A stretch of DNA of 64,000 nt from Acutalibacteraceae bacterium (GCA_045638965.1 JAZUCC010000003.1:65558-129557), one strand, 5' to 3'. Positions 27,048 through 37,296 are shown, counted from the stretch's first letter. Translations and numbers: made by a program. Notes: generated by a model from the letters alone, not told the origin.

Positions 27048-27959
27048 TTAGCCGAGTCTTAACATCTCATCAATGCTGTGTCTTGCATTGCTTATAAGCT
27101 CTTCGGAAAGCTCAATTTTTTCTCCGCCCTCACCCTTGAGTGCCTTCAGTATGCTTTCGGGCGTGGTATATTTCATATCCTTGCAGGTGAGCTTTTCGGG
27201 ACAGAGGTGATAGAATTTCTTGTCGGGATTATTGGGAATAAGATAGTCTGCAACACCGCGCTCCGTGCCGATGATGACAGGCTTGTCGCTTTTGAGTGCA
27301 AAATCAATTATGTCTGCGGTGGAGCCTGCCATGTCGGCATGCTTCACAACATCCTTTTCACATTCGGGATGCACTGCAAGAAGAGCCTCGGGATGCTCTG
27401 CCTTTGCTTTAAGAATGTCATCCTCGGTAAGTTTGGCATGAATAGGGCAGTAGCCGTCCCACAGAACAATGTTCTTTTCAGGGAAATGCTCCTTTACGAA
27501 TGAGCCGAGATTCTTGTCGGGAATGAAGAGAATTTCCGGTGCATCAAGCTGACCTACGATTTTAAGCGCACTTGATGAGGTAACGCATACATCACATTCA
27601 GCCTTGAGTGCGGCGGTGGTGTTTATATATGCCACAACCACTGCGTCGGGATTTTCTTCCTTATATTTTCTTACTCTTTCGGGGCTTATCATTTCTGCCA
27701 TGGGGCAGGTAGCCTCGGGCACGGGAAGAATTACTTCTGTGTCGGGAGAAAGAATCTTCACACTTTCCGCCATGAATCTTACACCGCACATGATAACCCT
27801 TTTTGCACCTGCGGCAAGGCTTTTCTTTGCAAGTGCAAAGGAGTCGCCCGTGATGTCCGCAAGCTCAATAATTTCGGGATTCTGATAGGTGTGGGCAAGA
27901 ATTACCGTGCCTGTTTCTTCCTTGAGTCTTCTGATTTCATTGATAATTTCTTTATTCAT
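27048..27959 (-). CDS. nadA: Quinolinate synthase
   Basis: ORF 27048-27974. The ATG at 27959 has the AAGGTGA RBS. VILAHTYQ, MAE and HPEC regions of NadA. Confidence 0.9.
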   Translation of the reverse strand: MNKEIINEIRRLKEETGTVILAHTYQNPEIIELADITGDSFALAKKSLAAGAKRVIMCGVRFMAESVKILSPDTEVILPVPEATCPMAEMISPERVRKYKEENPDAVVVAYINTTAALKAECDVCVTSSSALKIVGQLDAPEILFIPDKNLGSFVKEHFPEKNIVLWDGYCPIHAKLTEDDILKAKAEHPEALLAVHPECEKDVVKHADMAGSTADIIDFALKSDKPVIIGTERGVADYLIPNNPDKKFYHLCPEKLTCKDMKYTTPESILKALKGEGGEKIELSEELISNARHSIDEMLRLG

Positions 27960-27970
27960 AATAATCACCT

Positions 27971-29320
27971 TCATTGAGAAGCATTGAGTTTTATAACAAG
28001 TGTGAAAACACCGTCCTCGAATTTTGTAAGCATCTCACCGTCATATTTTTTTGCGGTGCTTTCAATGCTTTTAAGACCGAAGCCGTGATTTTCCATGTCC
28101 TTTTTCGAGGTAAGATATGATTTCCCGAGTGTTCTTGCGGGAGCGGAAAGGGCAGGATTTGTAACAGAAATAACACTGAAATTATGGTTACCGTGCATTT
28201 TGAGCTTTATGAATCTCTTTTCGGGATCCTCAATCCTGCGGTTTGCTTCAATTGCGTTGTCAAGGGCATTTGACAGAATTATGCACATATCAACAGGCTT
28301 TATGCTGTTTTTTTCCATGTTCATAACATCATAGTTCGTTGTAATGCTGTCTGACTGTGCCGCATAGAGCTTTTCGTTGAGAATTGCATCAACTGCGGAA
28401 ATGCCTGTTATTCTTATATACGATGATTCATCAATTATTCCGTTCATTTCACGGATATATTTTTTTATCTCTTCAATATTTCCGCTTTCTGCAAGTATGC
28501 TCATTGTAAGCATGTGATTTTTTATGTCGTGGCGGAAATGTCTTGTGCGGTTATAGGCATTTTCAAGATTTTTTATGGAGACCTCCTGTGCATATATCTG
28601 TGCCGTAAGAAGGTCATTCTCTCTTTTTATGCCAAGCTGTCGCTGATTGAACCAGAAAAGCACGAAAACCACAACATTTATTATGATAATTCCGATGCAT
28701 GAAAGGTAGATTGCGGTTTTTATCTGATTGTTCAGCTCATAGGTTTCAATGATATACTGGAAAACAGAGAAGGTTATAAGAGTTACTGCGGGGACAAGAA
28801 GAAGGCTTATCCATATTCTGAAAGCGGCACTGCCCTTTGAAAAGCCCTTGAGAATTACACTTACAAGCACCGCAAGGGGTATCATTGTGACATTTGAAAG
28901 GGTGATTTTCAGCAGTGCATCAAAGGAGGTTGCTGTCTCGGGAAGAAGTCCCATCTGCTTTGTGATAACTGAAAACAGTATGCTTGAAATAAAAACGGAC
29001 ACGGCAAGAATACCCGAAAATACGGCAATTGCCTCTGCCTTATATTTCAGCTTGCCCTGATACATGAAAATAAGAAGCAGTGCAAGAAGCACACACTCAA
29101 CTATGTATTTATAGTAGCCTATGTCCGTATATTCCTGTAAGAATATGACGAAGGTGGCAATTATCACATAAGCGATATAGTCAAGCTTTTTTGCCTTGGG
29201 GCGCGGCTTGAAAAAATTGTTTACGAGAAGAAATGCGAGCATAATTTCAAACACCGAAGAGAAGATTCTTGCGGTGTTGAGAATTATATCCTGATAGTTT
29301 TCTGAAATCATTTCAAGCAT
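27971..29320 (-). CDS. Sensor histidine kinase, AgrC/ComD-like (HPK10, GHKL ATPase) with a polytopic N-terminal domain
   Basis: About six N-terminal TM helices, H-box FRHDIKNH, and N/G boxes LSNALDNAIEA and GFGLKSIE. Confidence 0.8.
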   Translation of the reverse strand: MLEMISENYQDIILNTARIFSSVFEIMLAFLLVNNFFKPRPKAKKLDYIAYVIIATFVIFLQEYTDIGYYKYIVECVLLALLLIFMYQGKLKYKAEAIAVFSGILAVSVFISSILFSVITKQMGLLPETATSFDALLKITLSNVTMIPLAVLVSVILKGFSKGSAAFRIWISLLLVPAVTLITFSVFQYIIETYELNNQIKTAIYLSCIGIIIINVVVFVLFWFNQRQLGIKRENDLLTAQIYAQEVSIKNLENAYNRTRHFRHDIKNHMLTMSILAESGNIEEIKKYIREMNGIIDESSYIRITGISAVDAILNEKLYAAQSDSITTNYDVMNMEKNSIKPVDMCIILSNALDNAIEANRRIEDPEKRFIKLKMHGNHNFSVISVTNPALSAPARTLGKSYLTSKKDMENHGFGLKSIESTAKKYDGEMLTKFEDGVFTLVIKLNASQ

Positions 29321-29326
29321 GGCTTT

Positions 29327-30046
29327 TTATCTCATAGCCCATAAAAAGGCTTCGTTTGTTTCCTTTGCCCTGCGCTTGCTTACGGGCAGAGTCTGTGAAT
29401 TTGTGAGTGTCAGCTCATTCATTTTTACGGAGGAAATTTTCCTTGCGTTTACAAGAAAGGACTGATGGCAGCGGACAAAATCCTGTTTTTTCAGCTGCTG
29501 CTCAATGTCATCAAGCTTTCCGTAAAATGAATATTCCTCGGTGTTTGTGATTATGTTGATAATTCTTTTGTCGCTTTCAAAATATATTATGTCGCGAAGA
29601 GGTATGCTTACGGTTTCCGATGCTTTCTGGAAGGTGAAGCGCACCTCGTTTGACTTGGTAAGCTCCTGAAGACATTCCTTGAAAACTCCCGCAAAGCCGT
29701 GAAGCAGCTCCGGCTTGAGAATGTAGCGGAAGGCTCTTACCTCATAGCCCGAAAAAACAAATTCGGCAGAGGAGGTAACGAAAACTATCATGACCTTGCT
29801 GTCGTAAGCACGTATGCGCTTTGCCGCAGTCATGCCGTCGCATTTTTTCATTGTAATGTCAAGCAGAATAAGGTCAAAGCCTGCTTTTCCCTGCTCATAC
29901 AGCTCAACAAGGGGCTGACCGTCATCAAAGACCGTGATGCTGCCCTCAAGGTCTGCCTTTGCAAGGCAATCGGTTACGGAGCTTCTGAGAAAATCGCATA
30001 TATATTTTTCGTCATCGCAGATAGCAATGTTAAGCATTTTCATCAA
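29327..30046 (-). CDS. LytTR/AlgR family response regulator
   Basis: Receiver domain (IAICDDE...DLILLDITM), and a C-terminal LytTR domain (IIYFESDKR...FVRCHQSFLVN). Confidence 0.85.
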   Translation of the reverse strand: MMKMLNIAICDDEKYICDFLRSSVTDCLAKADLEGSITVFDDGQPLVELYEQGKAGFDLILLDITMKKCDGMTAAKRIRAYDSKVMIVFVTSSAEFVFSGYEVRAFRYILKPELLHGFAGVFKECLQELTKSNEVRFTFQKASETVSIPLRDIIYFESDKRIINIITNTEEYSFYGKLDDIEQQLKKQDFVRCHQSFLVNARKISSVKMNELTLTNSQTLPVSKRRAKETNEAFLWAMR

Positions 30047-30579
30047 CCTTTTTTACGGAAAATTACAAGCTTGCTTGCAACATAATTGAAAATAACAACA
30101 AATACCGCAATTATGAGCTTTGCGACAATATCATTGAGTGAAAGAAGACTTACAAGAAGTGCAAATACAAGCTCTTCAAAAACAAGGAAGGAAATAACAC
30201 GGGCTCCTATGAAGGAGAAAAGCTCGGTGAAAAATACATTTCCCTTCCATGAGCTGCTTTCAAAAACAAAGAGCTTGTTTGTGATGAAGGCAAAAAGCAC
30301 GGAAACAATCCATGCCACTGCATTCATAAAAAGAATCAGCTGAATATCAAGCTCACCTATGCTGAAAAGCACCTTTTCCTCATAGTTTTCACCTGCAAAA
30401 ATTCCCATAATCATATAGGTGACGAAGTTTACCGCAGTGGTAAGCACTCCGAAAACAAGATAGGAGATAACCTCATACTGCAAAAGCTTTTCTGCCATGG
30501 GGATTTTAAGAATCAGGCTGAAGGGCTTTATTGAAAATATTCTGCTGTAAAGCTTTTCATAAAGGGCTTTTAATTTCAT
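30043..30579 (-). CDS. GtrA family membrane protein
   Basis: Four TM helices with the GtrA-like VISYLVFGVLTTAVNFVTY start. Its stop overlaps the response-regulator start. Confidence 0.7.
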   Translation of the reverse strand: MKLKALYEKLYSRIFSIKPFSLILKIPMAEKLLQYEVISYLVFGVLTTAVNFVTYMIMGIFAGENYEEKVLFSIGELDIQLILFMNAVAWIVSVLFAFITNKLFVFESSSWKGNVFFTELFSFIGARVISFLVFEELVFALLVSLLSLNDIVAKLIIAVFVVIFNYVASKLVIFRKKG

Positions 30580-30622
30580 TGTCTTTTCCTCTTTTTAAGG
30601 GGAGATAATCTCCCCCCTGCAA

Positions 30623-33097
30623 TTATTTACGCTTTGCGGCTGCCTTTTCAGCCTTGATTTTTTCTGCTTCAGCTCTTTCCTGTGCAAGCTTTGCCTCATG
30701 TCTTGCCTTTGCACCCTCGTACTTTTCGGCAATTTCATCAAAGTGTCTGTAGTTTTCAGCCTGCTTTATAAGCTTTTCTGCATCAACGAAGGGCTTTGCT
30801 GCACGGTTGAAGTATGCGTGACGGTTCATTTCGTCCTTTACAGACTTCTGGATATCCTTCTTTTCAGCCTTAAGAGAAGCAATTTTCTGTCTGATTTCAG
30901 CCTTTTCTACAGAGTCCTTGCCCTTTGATGCATAAAGCTGCTTCATTTCGGCATTGATTTCATCCTCGCGCTCATAAAGACCGTCAAGAGCGGTGAAGTC
31001 GGGCTGAATAAGCTCATGAGTATCCTTGAAATATTTCTTTACGGAAGCTGTTGCAGTGATTTTCTTCTTTGCATTTTCAATTGCAATTTTTCTCATTTCC
31101 TTTTCAGCGGCATTGTTTCTTGACATAAGCTTTGCTTCCTTAAGCTCTGCCTTTGCAGAAGCCTTATCTGTTGAAAGGATTGCATTTATACCCTGTGAAT
31201 ATACGGCATTTGCCTGTGCTACCTCGAAAATGCCTGCTTCCGAATTGAAGCGGTCAAGCTCATCGCATACGAATTTTGCGATTTCAATTTCTGTGTTGTA
31301 TGCCTTTGCCTCATTGAAGGCCTTCTTGGCAGCCTTCTTTGAAGCCTTGTCATTTGCTGACTTATAGGCCTTCTTGTTGATTTCCTTGGGCTCGGCATTG
31401 CAGAGCTCACGGGATTTTCTGATGATTTCAATACCGTCAACAACACTTTCGTCATTTGTGATGTTGTTGCCGTAGTCCTCAAACATAGCTCTTACCTTAA
31501 GCACACGGACAACGGACTTCTGCTTGATTTCATTGAAATCGTACCAGATATAAGGAACAACATTCATTGCAGCACCGAAGGCGGCAAGAATAATGAGAAC
31601 ATGAAGAAGACTTAAGAGAATTTCGGGGTCATAAAGAGCAGAGGATGCGTTGGAGTAGTTATCCTGACCGTTGGCAAGCTGATTTGCAAGCATTTCGCCG
31701 ACGGTGGTCTTGCCGTCACCTAAAAGTCTTGAAAGAATTGTGGGGTCAGAGGTTACCTTAAGGGCTGTTTCCTTTGTAACACCGTTCTGCTTGTAAACAA
31801 AGGGAAGCACACTGGAGGTTGCAAGGGTGATAACCGTACCGATTGTTGCAACTGCGGAGAACATGCCGTCGATTCTTTCGCCTGTCTTGTACTGCTGATA
31901 GTCACGGATGTCTGCCTGAATTGCAGGGTTCAGGATATGTGCAAAGGAGCCCATAAGTGCATTGAACCATAAGCATCCCATAACAAGCCATATCGTAGCC
32001 TTCGTAATATCCTGACAGGAGGGCAGCAGAAGAAGAATGAAAAGAATATTAAACATATTTGTTACTACGAGAACTGCCTTTTTGCCCCATTTCTTGATGG
32101 CAAAGGGAGCAAGAAGCATACCCCACAGGGATGCATTACCGTAAACGGTGGTGATAAGAGCATATTCGTTGCCGTCGCAGGCACCGCCGTAGTTATAAAG
32201 CCAGGAAAGAATGTTTGCATAGGAGGATTCAAGGAAGCCTACCCAGCCTGCAAGGGAAATAATCCAGAAATACTTGTTCTTTGCAACCGCTCTCAATGCG
32301 TCAGAGAACTTAATCTGTACAACGTGGGTTCTTGCCTGAACGATTTTTTCCTCTGTATTCTTATAAACCACAATGCAAAGCAGGAAGCCGAGCACGGTAA
32401 GAATGGGATATAAAAGTCTGTAAACACGGATATCTGTTGAGTTTGTGTGGAAAAGATTTTCCGCTATAAGGGGAGTGAAAAGGTTTGTGAGTGTGGGTGC
32501 AAGAGAATAAACAACACTCTTTACGGATGCCACATTCGCTCTTTCCTGTGAATCGGGCGAAAGCACATGGATGAGGTTTTCATAAGCATCGTAGAAGAAA
32601 TAGTGGAAGAAGTGGAGAAGGAGGTTGAGCACCATGATAATGGCACATTTTACAACATAAGCCCTTGTCTGTCCGAAAAGAGTTCCCTGAAGGAAGGACA
32701 TTTCATTCAGTATGTTGTACGGGAACCAGACCATCGTAAGACAGATAATTGCCGTGGGCAAAGCCATGGTCAGGATATAAGGACGGTATTTACCCTCTTT
32801 GTTACGGGTGTTGTCAATGATGTTTGCACGGATGCCCGTAAGCGGAATGTTTGCAAGAACTGCAATAACATACATTATGTATGTGTGAGTGGGGTCAACA
32901 CCGAGAGTCATTGTAAGAAGGGTGTTGTTTGCCGAAAGAAGACAGGCATTACCGAGGGTGATTATCATGTAAGCACCGATGCCGCCTACCGAGTAGCCGA
33001 AAATACCCTTATAGGGAATGTATTTTCCCTCGGGAGGTGTCTTCCAGAATGAGAAAACATCTGAAACCAGACTTTTTGCTTTGCTTATGAGTTGCAT
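30623..33097 (-). CDS. GPH/MFS-type glycoside-cation symporter-like transporter fused to a ~300-aa Lys/Glu/Ala-rich helical C-terminal tail
   Basis: The N-terminal ~520 aa is polytopic, with GPH-like KGIFGYSVGG and DNTRNKEGKYRPYIL motifs. The C-terminal aa ~525-824 is low-complexity and charged (…KKAAKKAFNEAKAYN…AKLAQERAEAEKIKAEKAAAKRK). Confidence 0.7.
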   Translation of the reverse strand: MQLISKAKSLVSDVFSFWKTPPEGKYIPYKGIFGYSVGGIGAYMIITLGNACLLSANNTLLTMTLGVDPTHTYIMYVIAVLANIPLTGIRANIIDNTRNKEGKYRPYILTMALPTAIICLTMVWFPYNILNEMSFLQGTLFGQTRAYVVKCAIIMVLNLLLHFFHYFFYDAYENLIHVLSPDSQERANVASVKSVVYSLAPTLTNLFTPLIAENLFHTNSTDIRVYRLLYPILTVLGFLLCIVVYKNTEEKIVQARTHVVQIKFSDALRAVAKNKYFWIISLAGWVGFLESSYANILSWLYNYGGACDGNEYALITTVYGNASLWGMLLAPFAIKKWGKKAVLVVTNMFNILFILLLLPSCQDITKATIWLVMGCLWFNALMGSFAHILNPAIQADIRDYQQYKTGERIDGMFSAVATIGTVITLATSSVLPFVYKQNGVTKETALKVTSDPTILSRLLGDGKTTVGEMLANQLANGQDNYSNASSALYDPEILLSLLHVLIILAAFGAAMNVVPYIWYDFNEIKQKSVVRVLKVRAMFEDYGNNITNDESVVDGIEIIRKSRELCNAEPKEINKKAYKSANDKASKKAAKKAFNEAKAYNTEIEIAKFVCDELDRFNSEAGIFEVAQANAVYSQGINAILSTDKASAKAELKEAKLMSRNNAAEKEMRKIAIENAKKKITATASVKKYFKDTHELIQPDFTALDGLYEREDEINAEMKQLYASKGKDSVEKAEIRQKIASLKAEKKDIQKSVKDEMNRHAYFNRAAKPFVDAEKLIKQAENYRHFDEIAEKYEGAKARHEAKLAQERAEAEKIKAEKAAAKRK

Positions 33098-33243
33098 AAC
33101 AATACTCCTTATAATTATAATTATTTTAATAATAGCATAACAATCCGCTTAATTCAATTGTTTATAAAATAAAAAAAATTATTTTTTGCAGTTTTTTGTC
33201 TTTTAATTGAATATGTTTTGTGTTAAGATTACATTGGTGATGT

Positions 33244-34281
33244 ATGATGTTCAGAAAATATGCAGAATTTGCAACCGAAATGGCTTGTAAAATTTTAGCA
33301 ATTGATTCCCCCACGGGATATACGAAAGCTGCCGCCGAATTTGTAAAAAGCGAATTTGAGAAAATCGGCTGTCCCGCCTTCATAACAACAAAGGGCGGTG
33401 TTGCGGTTGACCTTGGCGGTAAGGATGAAAAAAATGCACTTCTTCTTGAAGCACATCTTGATACCCTCGGCGGTATGGTAGCCGAGATAAAAGGAAACGG
33501 CAGGCTCCGCATAACTCCTCTCGGAGGTCTCAACGGCTTCAATACCGAGGGCGAAAACTGCCGTGTCATCACAAGAAGCGGTGATATTTTTGACGGCACC
33601 TTCCTTCTTAACAATCCCTCAATTCATGTAAACGGTGAATTCAGCAAAACCGACCGAAGCTTCTCTAACATGGAGGTTGTGCTTGACGAGGATGTAAAAG
33701 CTGCCGAGGATGTAAAAGGGCTCGGTATCGGAAACGGTGACATCGTGGCATTTGACACAAGAACGGTTGTCACAAAATCCGGCTACATAAAAAGCCGTTT
33801 TCTTGATGATAAGTTAAGTGTTGCGGCAATACTCGGCTTTGCAAGGCTTCTTAAGGATGAAGCTCTCATTCCCGAAAGAAAAATATATCTTCACATAACC
33901 GTGTATGAGGAGGTAGGCCACGGAGCTGCTGCAGTCCCCTTTGAGGGCATCACCGAGGTGCTTTCGGTGGATATGGGCTGTATCGGTGACGGACTTTCCT
34001 GTACTGAAAAGCAGGTTTCAATCTGCGCAAAGGATTCGGGCGGTCCCTACAGCTACGATATGACAACAAGGCTTATCGAAGCAGCGAAAAAGACAGGCGC
34101 CGACTATGCGGTTGACGTCTATCCTCATTACGGCAGTGATGCCGAGGCAACTCTTCGCGGCGGACACGATTTCCGCCACGGACTTATAGGTCCCGGTGTG
34201 TATTCCTCACACGGCTACGAAAGAAGTCACATTGAGGGAGTGGAAAACACAATACGAATCCTGCACGGATTTGTATTGTGA
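33244..34281 (+). CDS. M42 family metallopeptidase (FrvX/glutamyl aminopeptidase-like)
   Basis: SPTGY, AHLDTLG, the RFLDDK... region and EEVGHGAA are typical of M42. Confidence 0.8.
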   Translation: MMFRKYAEFATEMACKILAIDSPTGYTKAAAEFVKSEFEKIGCPAFITTKGGVAVDLGGKDEKNALLLEAHLDTLGGMVAEIKGNGRLRITPLGGLNGFNTEGENCRVITRSGDIFDGTFLLNNPSIHVNGEFSKTDRSFSNMEVVLDEDVKAAEDVKGLGIGNGDIVAFDTRTVVTKSGYIKSRFLDDKLSVAAILGFARLLKDEALIPERKIYLHITVYEEVGHGAAAVPFEGITEVLSVDMGCIGDGLSCTEKQVSICAKDSGGPYSYDMTTRLIEAAKKTGADYAVDVYPHYGSDAEATLRGGHDFRHGLIGPGVYSSHGYERSHIEGVENTIRILHGFVL

Positions 34282-34318
34282 AATTAAGAATTATAATTTG
34301 CAGAAAGCGAAAGATTTT

Positions 34319-35434
34319 ATGAATATCAACTTCTGTGTTCCTTGTCTTCTGGGGCTTGAAGGTCTTATTGCCGACGAGCTTCGTGAGATGGGGGCTGAAA
34401 ATGTAAATGCCGAAAACGGCAGAGTGCTTTTCTCGGGTGATGAGCACATACTTGCAAGAGCGAATATCTGCTCTCGCTTTTCCGAAAGAATTCTTATAAT
34501 GGTGGGTACCTTTGAGGCTCATACCTTTGAGGAGCTTTTTCAGGGTACAAAGCGTCTTCCCTGGGAGCAGTGGATAGGCAAGAAGGACCGCTTCCCCGTA
34601 AAGGGCTATTCTCTCAACTCTGACCTTTTCAGTGTAAGTGACTGTCAGTCAATTATCAAAAAGGCGGTTGTTGAAAGACTCAAAACAAAATATACAATTC
34701 CGTGGTTTGAGGAAACGGGTGCATTATATCAGATTCAGTTTTCAATTATGAAAAATCAGGTTTCCGTATTTATTGACACCTCGGGCAGAGGTCTTCACAA
34801 GCGCGGCTACCGTCCCGATGCAAATGCCGCTCCTCTTAAGGAAACCCTTGCGGCATCTCTCTGCCGTATTTCCCAGCTTCGCCATTACCACACTCTTTAC
34901 GATCCCATGTGCGGCTCGGGTACAATTCTCATTGAGGGCGCTCTCATGGCACTCAATATTGCTCCCGGTCTTTACAGACGCTTTACCGCAGAAACCTGGA
35001 GTCAGTTCCCTCAGGAAATCTGGCAGGAGGAAAGAAGAAGAGCAGTAAGCCTTCAGCGCAAGGACATTGACTTCCATGGCTACGGCTACGATATTGACCC
35101 CGAGGCTCTTAAAATTGCAAAAGAAAACGCAAGAAAGGCAGGGGTTGACAAATACCTCACCTTCATTCAGCGCGATGTAAAGGACTTTGAGCCCGAAACC
35201 GAGCGTGCTACGGTTATCGTGAATCCCCCCTACGGTGAAAGACTTCTTGATATCGACAATGCAAGAAAGCTTTATAAGACAATGGGTGACAGATTCAGAC
35301 CCATGAAGGGCAGAAGCTATACCGTTATCACTGCCGACGAGGAATTTGAAAAAGCCTTCGGCAGAAAAGCGGACAAGCGCAGAAAGCTTTACAACGGCAT
35401 GATAAAATGTCAGGTATATATGTACTTTAAGTAA
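34319..35434 (+). CDS. THUMP-domain class I SAM-dependent RNA methyltransferase (RlmL/YpsC-like)
   Basis: ORF 34196-35434; true ATG at 34319 (MNINFCVPCLLGLEGL). SAM motif DPMCGSGTILIEGA and catalytic NPPYGERL. Confidence 0.85.
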   Translation: MNINFCVPCLLGLEGLIADELREMGAENVNAENGRVLFSGDEHILARANICSRFSERILIMVGTFEAHTFEELFQGTKRLPWEQWIGKKDRFPVKGYSLNSDLFSVSDCQSIIKKAVVERLKTKYTIPWFEETGALYQIQFSIMKNQVSVFIDTSGRGLHKRGYRPDANAAPLKETLAASLCRISQLRHYHTLYDPMCGSGTILIEGALMALNIAPGLYRRFTAETWSQFPQEIWQEERRRAVSLQRKDIDFHGYGYDIDPEALKIAKENARKAGVDKYLTFIQRDVKDFEPETERATVIVNPPYGERLLDIDNARKLYKTMGDRFRPMKGRSYTVITADEEFEKAFGRKADKRRKLYNGMIKCQVYMYFK

Positions 35435-35453
35435 GTAACGGAGTGTGAAATAA

Positions 35454-37232
35454 ATGGATACAACACAGATTATTACATCGGTTGTGCAGATGCTTTTAGG
35501 ACTTGCATTCTTCCTTTTCGGTATGAATGTAATGTCAGGCGATCTTGAAAAGCTTGCAGGCGGAAAGCTTGAAGGGCTTCTCAGAAAGGTTACGAAGAAT
35601 CCTTTACTTGCAATTTGTCTCGGCACGGTTATTACGATGGCAATTCAGTCATCCTCTGCAGTAACTGTTATGCTTGTAGGTCTTGTAAACTCGGGAATTA
35701 TGGTGTTCTCGCAGACCATATTTATTATCTTCGGTGCAAACATCGGTACTACATTTACCGCGTGGCTGCTTTCGCTTTCAGGTATTGAAAGTGACAGCAT
35801 CGGTATGATGATGCTGAAGCCCGAAAATTTCTCTCCCATACTTGCATTTATCGGCGTTATGTTTGTAATGTTCTCCAAAAATTCCAAGAGAAAGAGTCTT
35901 GGTACGGTTTTTGTAGGCTTTGCGGTGCTTATGTACGGTATGGAATTTATGGGTGAGGCTATGGATCCCATAAAGGAAATTCCCGGTATTGAAAATATAT
36001 TCATAAAGTTCAGCAATCCTGTCCTCGGTGTTCTTGTAGGTGCTGTAATAACTGCAGTTATTCAGTCCTCCTCTGCATCTGTGGGTATGCTTCAGGCTCT
36101 TGCTCTTACAGGACTTCTTGATATCGGAATGGTAATCCCCATTGTTATGGGTCAGAATATCGGTACCTGTGTTTCTGCTGTTATCTCCGCAATCGGTACA
36201 AGCTCAAAGGCAAGGAGAGTTGCCTTCTTACATACAGCCCTTAATGTTATCGGCACGGTGCTTTTCCTTACCGTATTCATTATCGCAGATACAGCCTTTG
36301 ATATTCCTCTTTTCAGCGAGCCTGCCACAGTATGGACTATTGCACTTATTCACTCCATTTTCAATGTATTCATCACAGTTGTTCTTTCACCCTTCGCAAA
36401 GCCTCTCATAAAGCTTACAGAGCTCTGCGTCAAGGACAAGGACGCGGAAAAAAAGAACAATGTTCATCTTTTCTCAATGGACGAAAGACTTCTTGCAACA
36501 CCCTCTGTTGCTATCAGCGAATGTGATAATGTTACCGTCAAGATGGCAGAAACCGCAAAGCAGATGATTCTTACATCATTCGCGTCCCTTTGTGAATATG
36601 ATAAGGAAACAGAGGAATGGCTTCTTCTTCAGGAGGAAATTCTTGATGCTTACGAAGACGACATCGGCTCCTTCCTTGTCAAGGCAACCGCACTTTCACT
36701 TTCGGAAAGCGATTCAAGAAAGGCAGGCCGCATGCTTCATTCAATCGGCAACTTCGAGCGCCTCGGCGACCATGCACTCAATCTTCTTGAATCAGGTAAG
36801 GAAATGGCTGCAAAGAATATAACCTTCTCCGAGCAGGCTTATTCAGAGCTTACCGTGCTTACCGACGCTCTTATCGAAATTATGACTCTTACAAACAAGG
36901 CTTATGCTGAAAATGACCTGGAGCTTGCATCCCGTGTTGAGCCTCTCGAGCAGGTTATTGACCGCATCACCGAAAAGGTCAGAAAGAGACATATCGACCG
37001 TCTTAAGGCGGGTGAATGTACAATTGAGCTGGGCTTCATTCTTTCGGATATCCTTAATGACTGTGAAAGAATTTCCGACCATTGCTCAAACATCGCAGTT
37101 GCGGTTATCGAGTCTGCAACCGACGGCTATGATGCCCACAATTACTTAAGCTCAGTCAAGTCAGGCAATGACAGCTTCGACGAGGAGTACAGGCAGTACA
37201 AAGAAAAATACAGATTGCAGAAAAACGCATAA
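35454..37232 (+). CDS. Na/Pi cotransporter family protein with a PhoU-like C-terminal domain
   Basis: Duplicated QSSSA motifs (AIQSSSAVTVMLVG and VIQSSSASVGMLQA) and a C-terminal PhoU-like helical repeat (ERLGDHALN..., ERISDHCSN). Confidence 0.85.
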   Translation: MDTTQIITSVVQMLLGLAFFLFGMNVMSGDLEKLAGGKLEGLLRKVTKNPLLAICLGTVITMAIQSSSAVTVMLVGLVNSGIMVFSQTIFIIFGANIGTTFTAWLLSLSGIESDSIGMMMLKPENFSPILAFIGVMFVMFSKNSKRKSLGTVFVGFAVLMYGMEFMGEAMDPIKEIPGIENIFIKFSNPVLGVLVGAVITAVIQSSSASVGMLQALALTGLLDIGMVIPIVMGQNIGTCVSAVISAIGTSSKARRVAFLHTALNVIGTVLFLTVFIIADTAFDIPLFSEPATVWTIALIHSIFNVFITVVLSPFAKPLIKLTELCVKDKDAEKKNNVHLFSMDERLLATPSVAISECDNVTVKMAETAKQMILTSFASLCEYDKETEEWLLLQEEILDAYEDDIGSFLVKATALSLSESDSRKAGRMLHSIGNFERLGDHALNLLESGKEMAAKNITFSEQAYSELTVLTDALIEIMTLTNKAYAENDLELASRVEPLEQVIDRITEKVRKRHIDRLKAGECTIELGFILSDILNDCERISDHCSNIAVAVIESATDGYDAHNYLSSVKSGNDSFDEEYRQYKEKYRLQKNA

Positions 37233-37247
37233 ACCCTTGAAAAATAA

Positions 37248-37290
37248 GGCTTCGCAACCGATGTAAACTTTAGTTGCGAAGCCATTTTTT
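37248..37290. terminator. Bidirectional terminator
   Basis: GGCTTCGCAAC-14 nt-GTTGCGAAGCC followed by T6, between convergent genes. Confidence 0.75.
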
Positions 37291-37296
37291 ATGTAT

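Noticed and set aside
27971-30046. The AgrC-like kinase plus LytTR regulator as a complete agr-type quorum-sensing locus.
   Set aside because: No AgrB-like membrane protease or AgrD-like propeptide ORF is adjacent. The neighbours are a GtrA-like protein and nadA.
33162-33614. A 150-aa minus-strand ORF overlapping the M42 peptidase start.
   Set aside because: It is antisense to a gene with clear family motifs, and its product is low-complexity and Pro/Ser/Arg-rich.
34742-35626. A 294-aa minus-strand ORF.
   Set aside because: It is antisense to the well-supported THUMP methyltransferase and Na/Pi transporter genes, has no RBS, and its product has no recognisable motifs.
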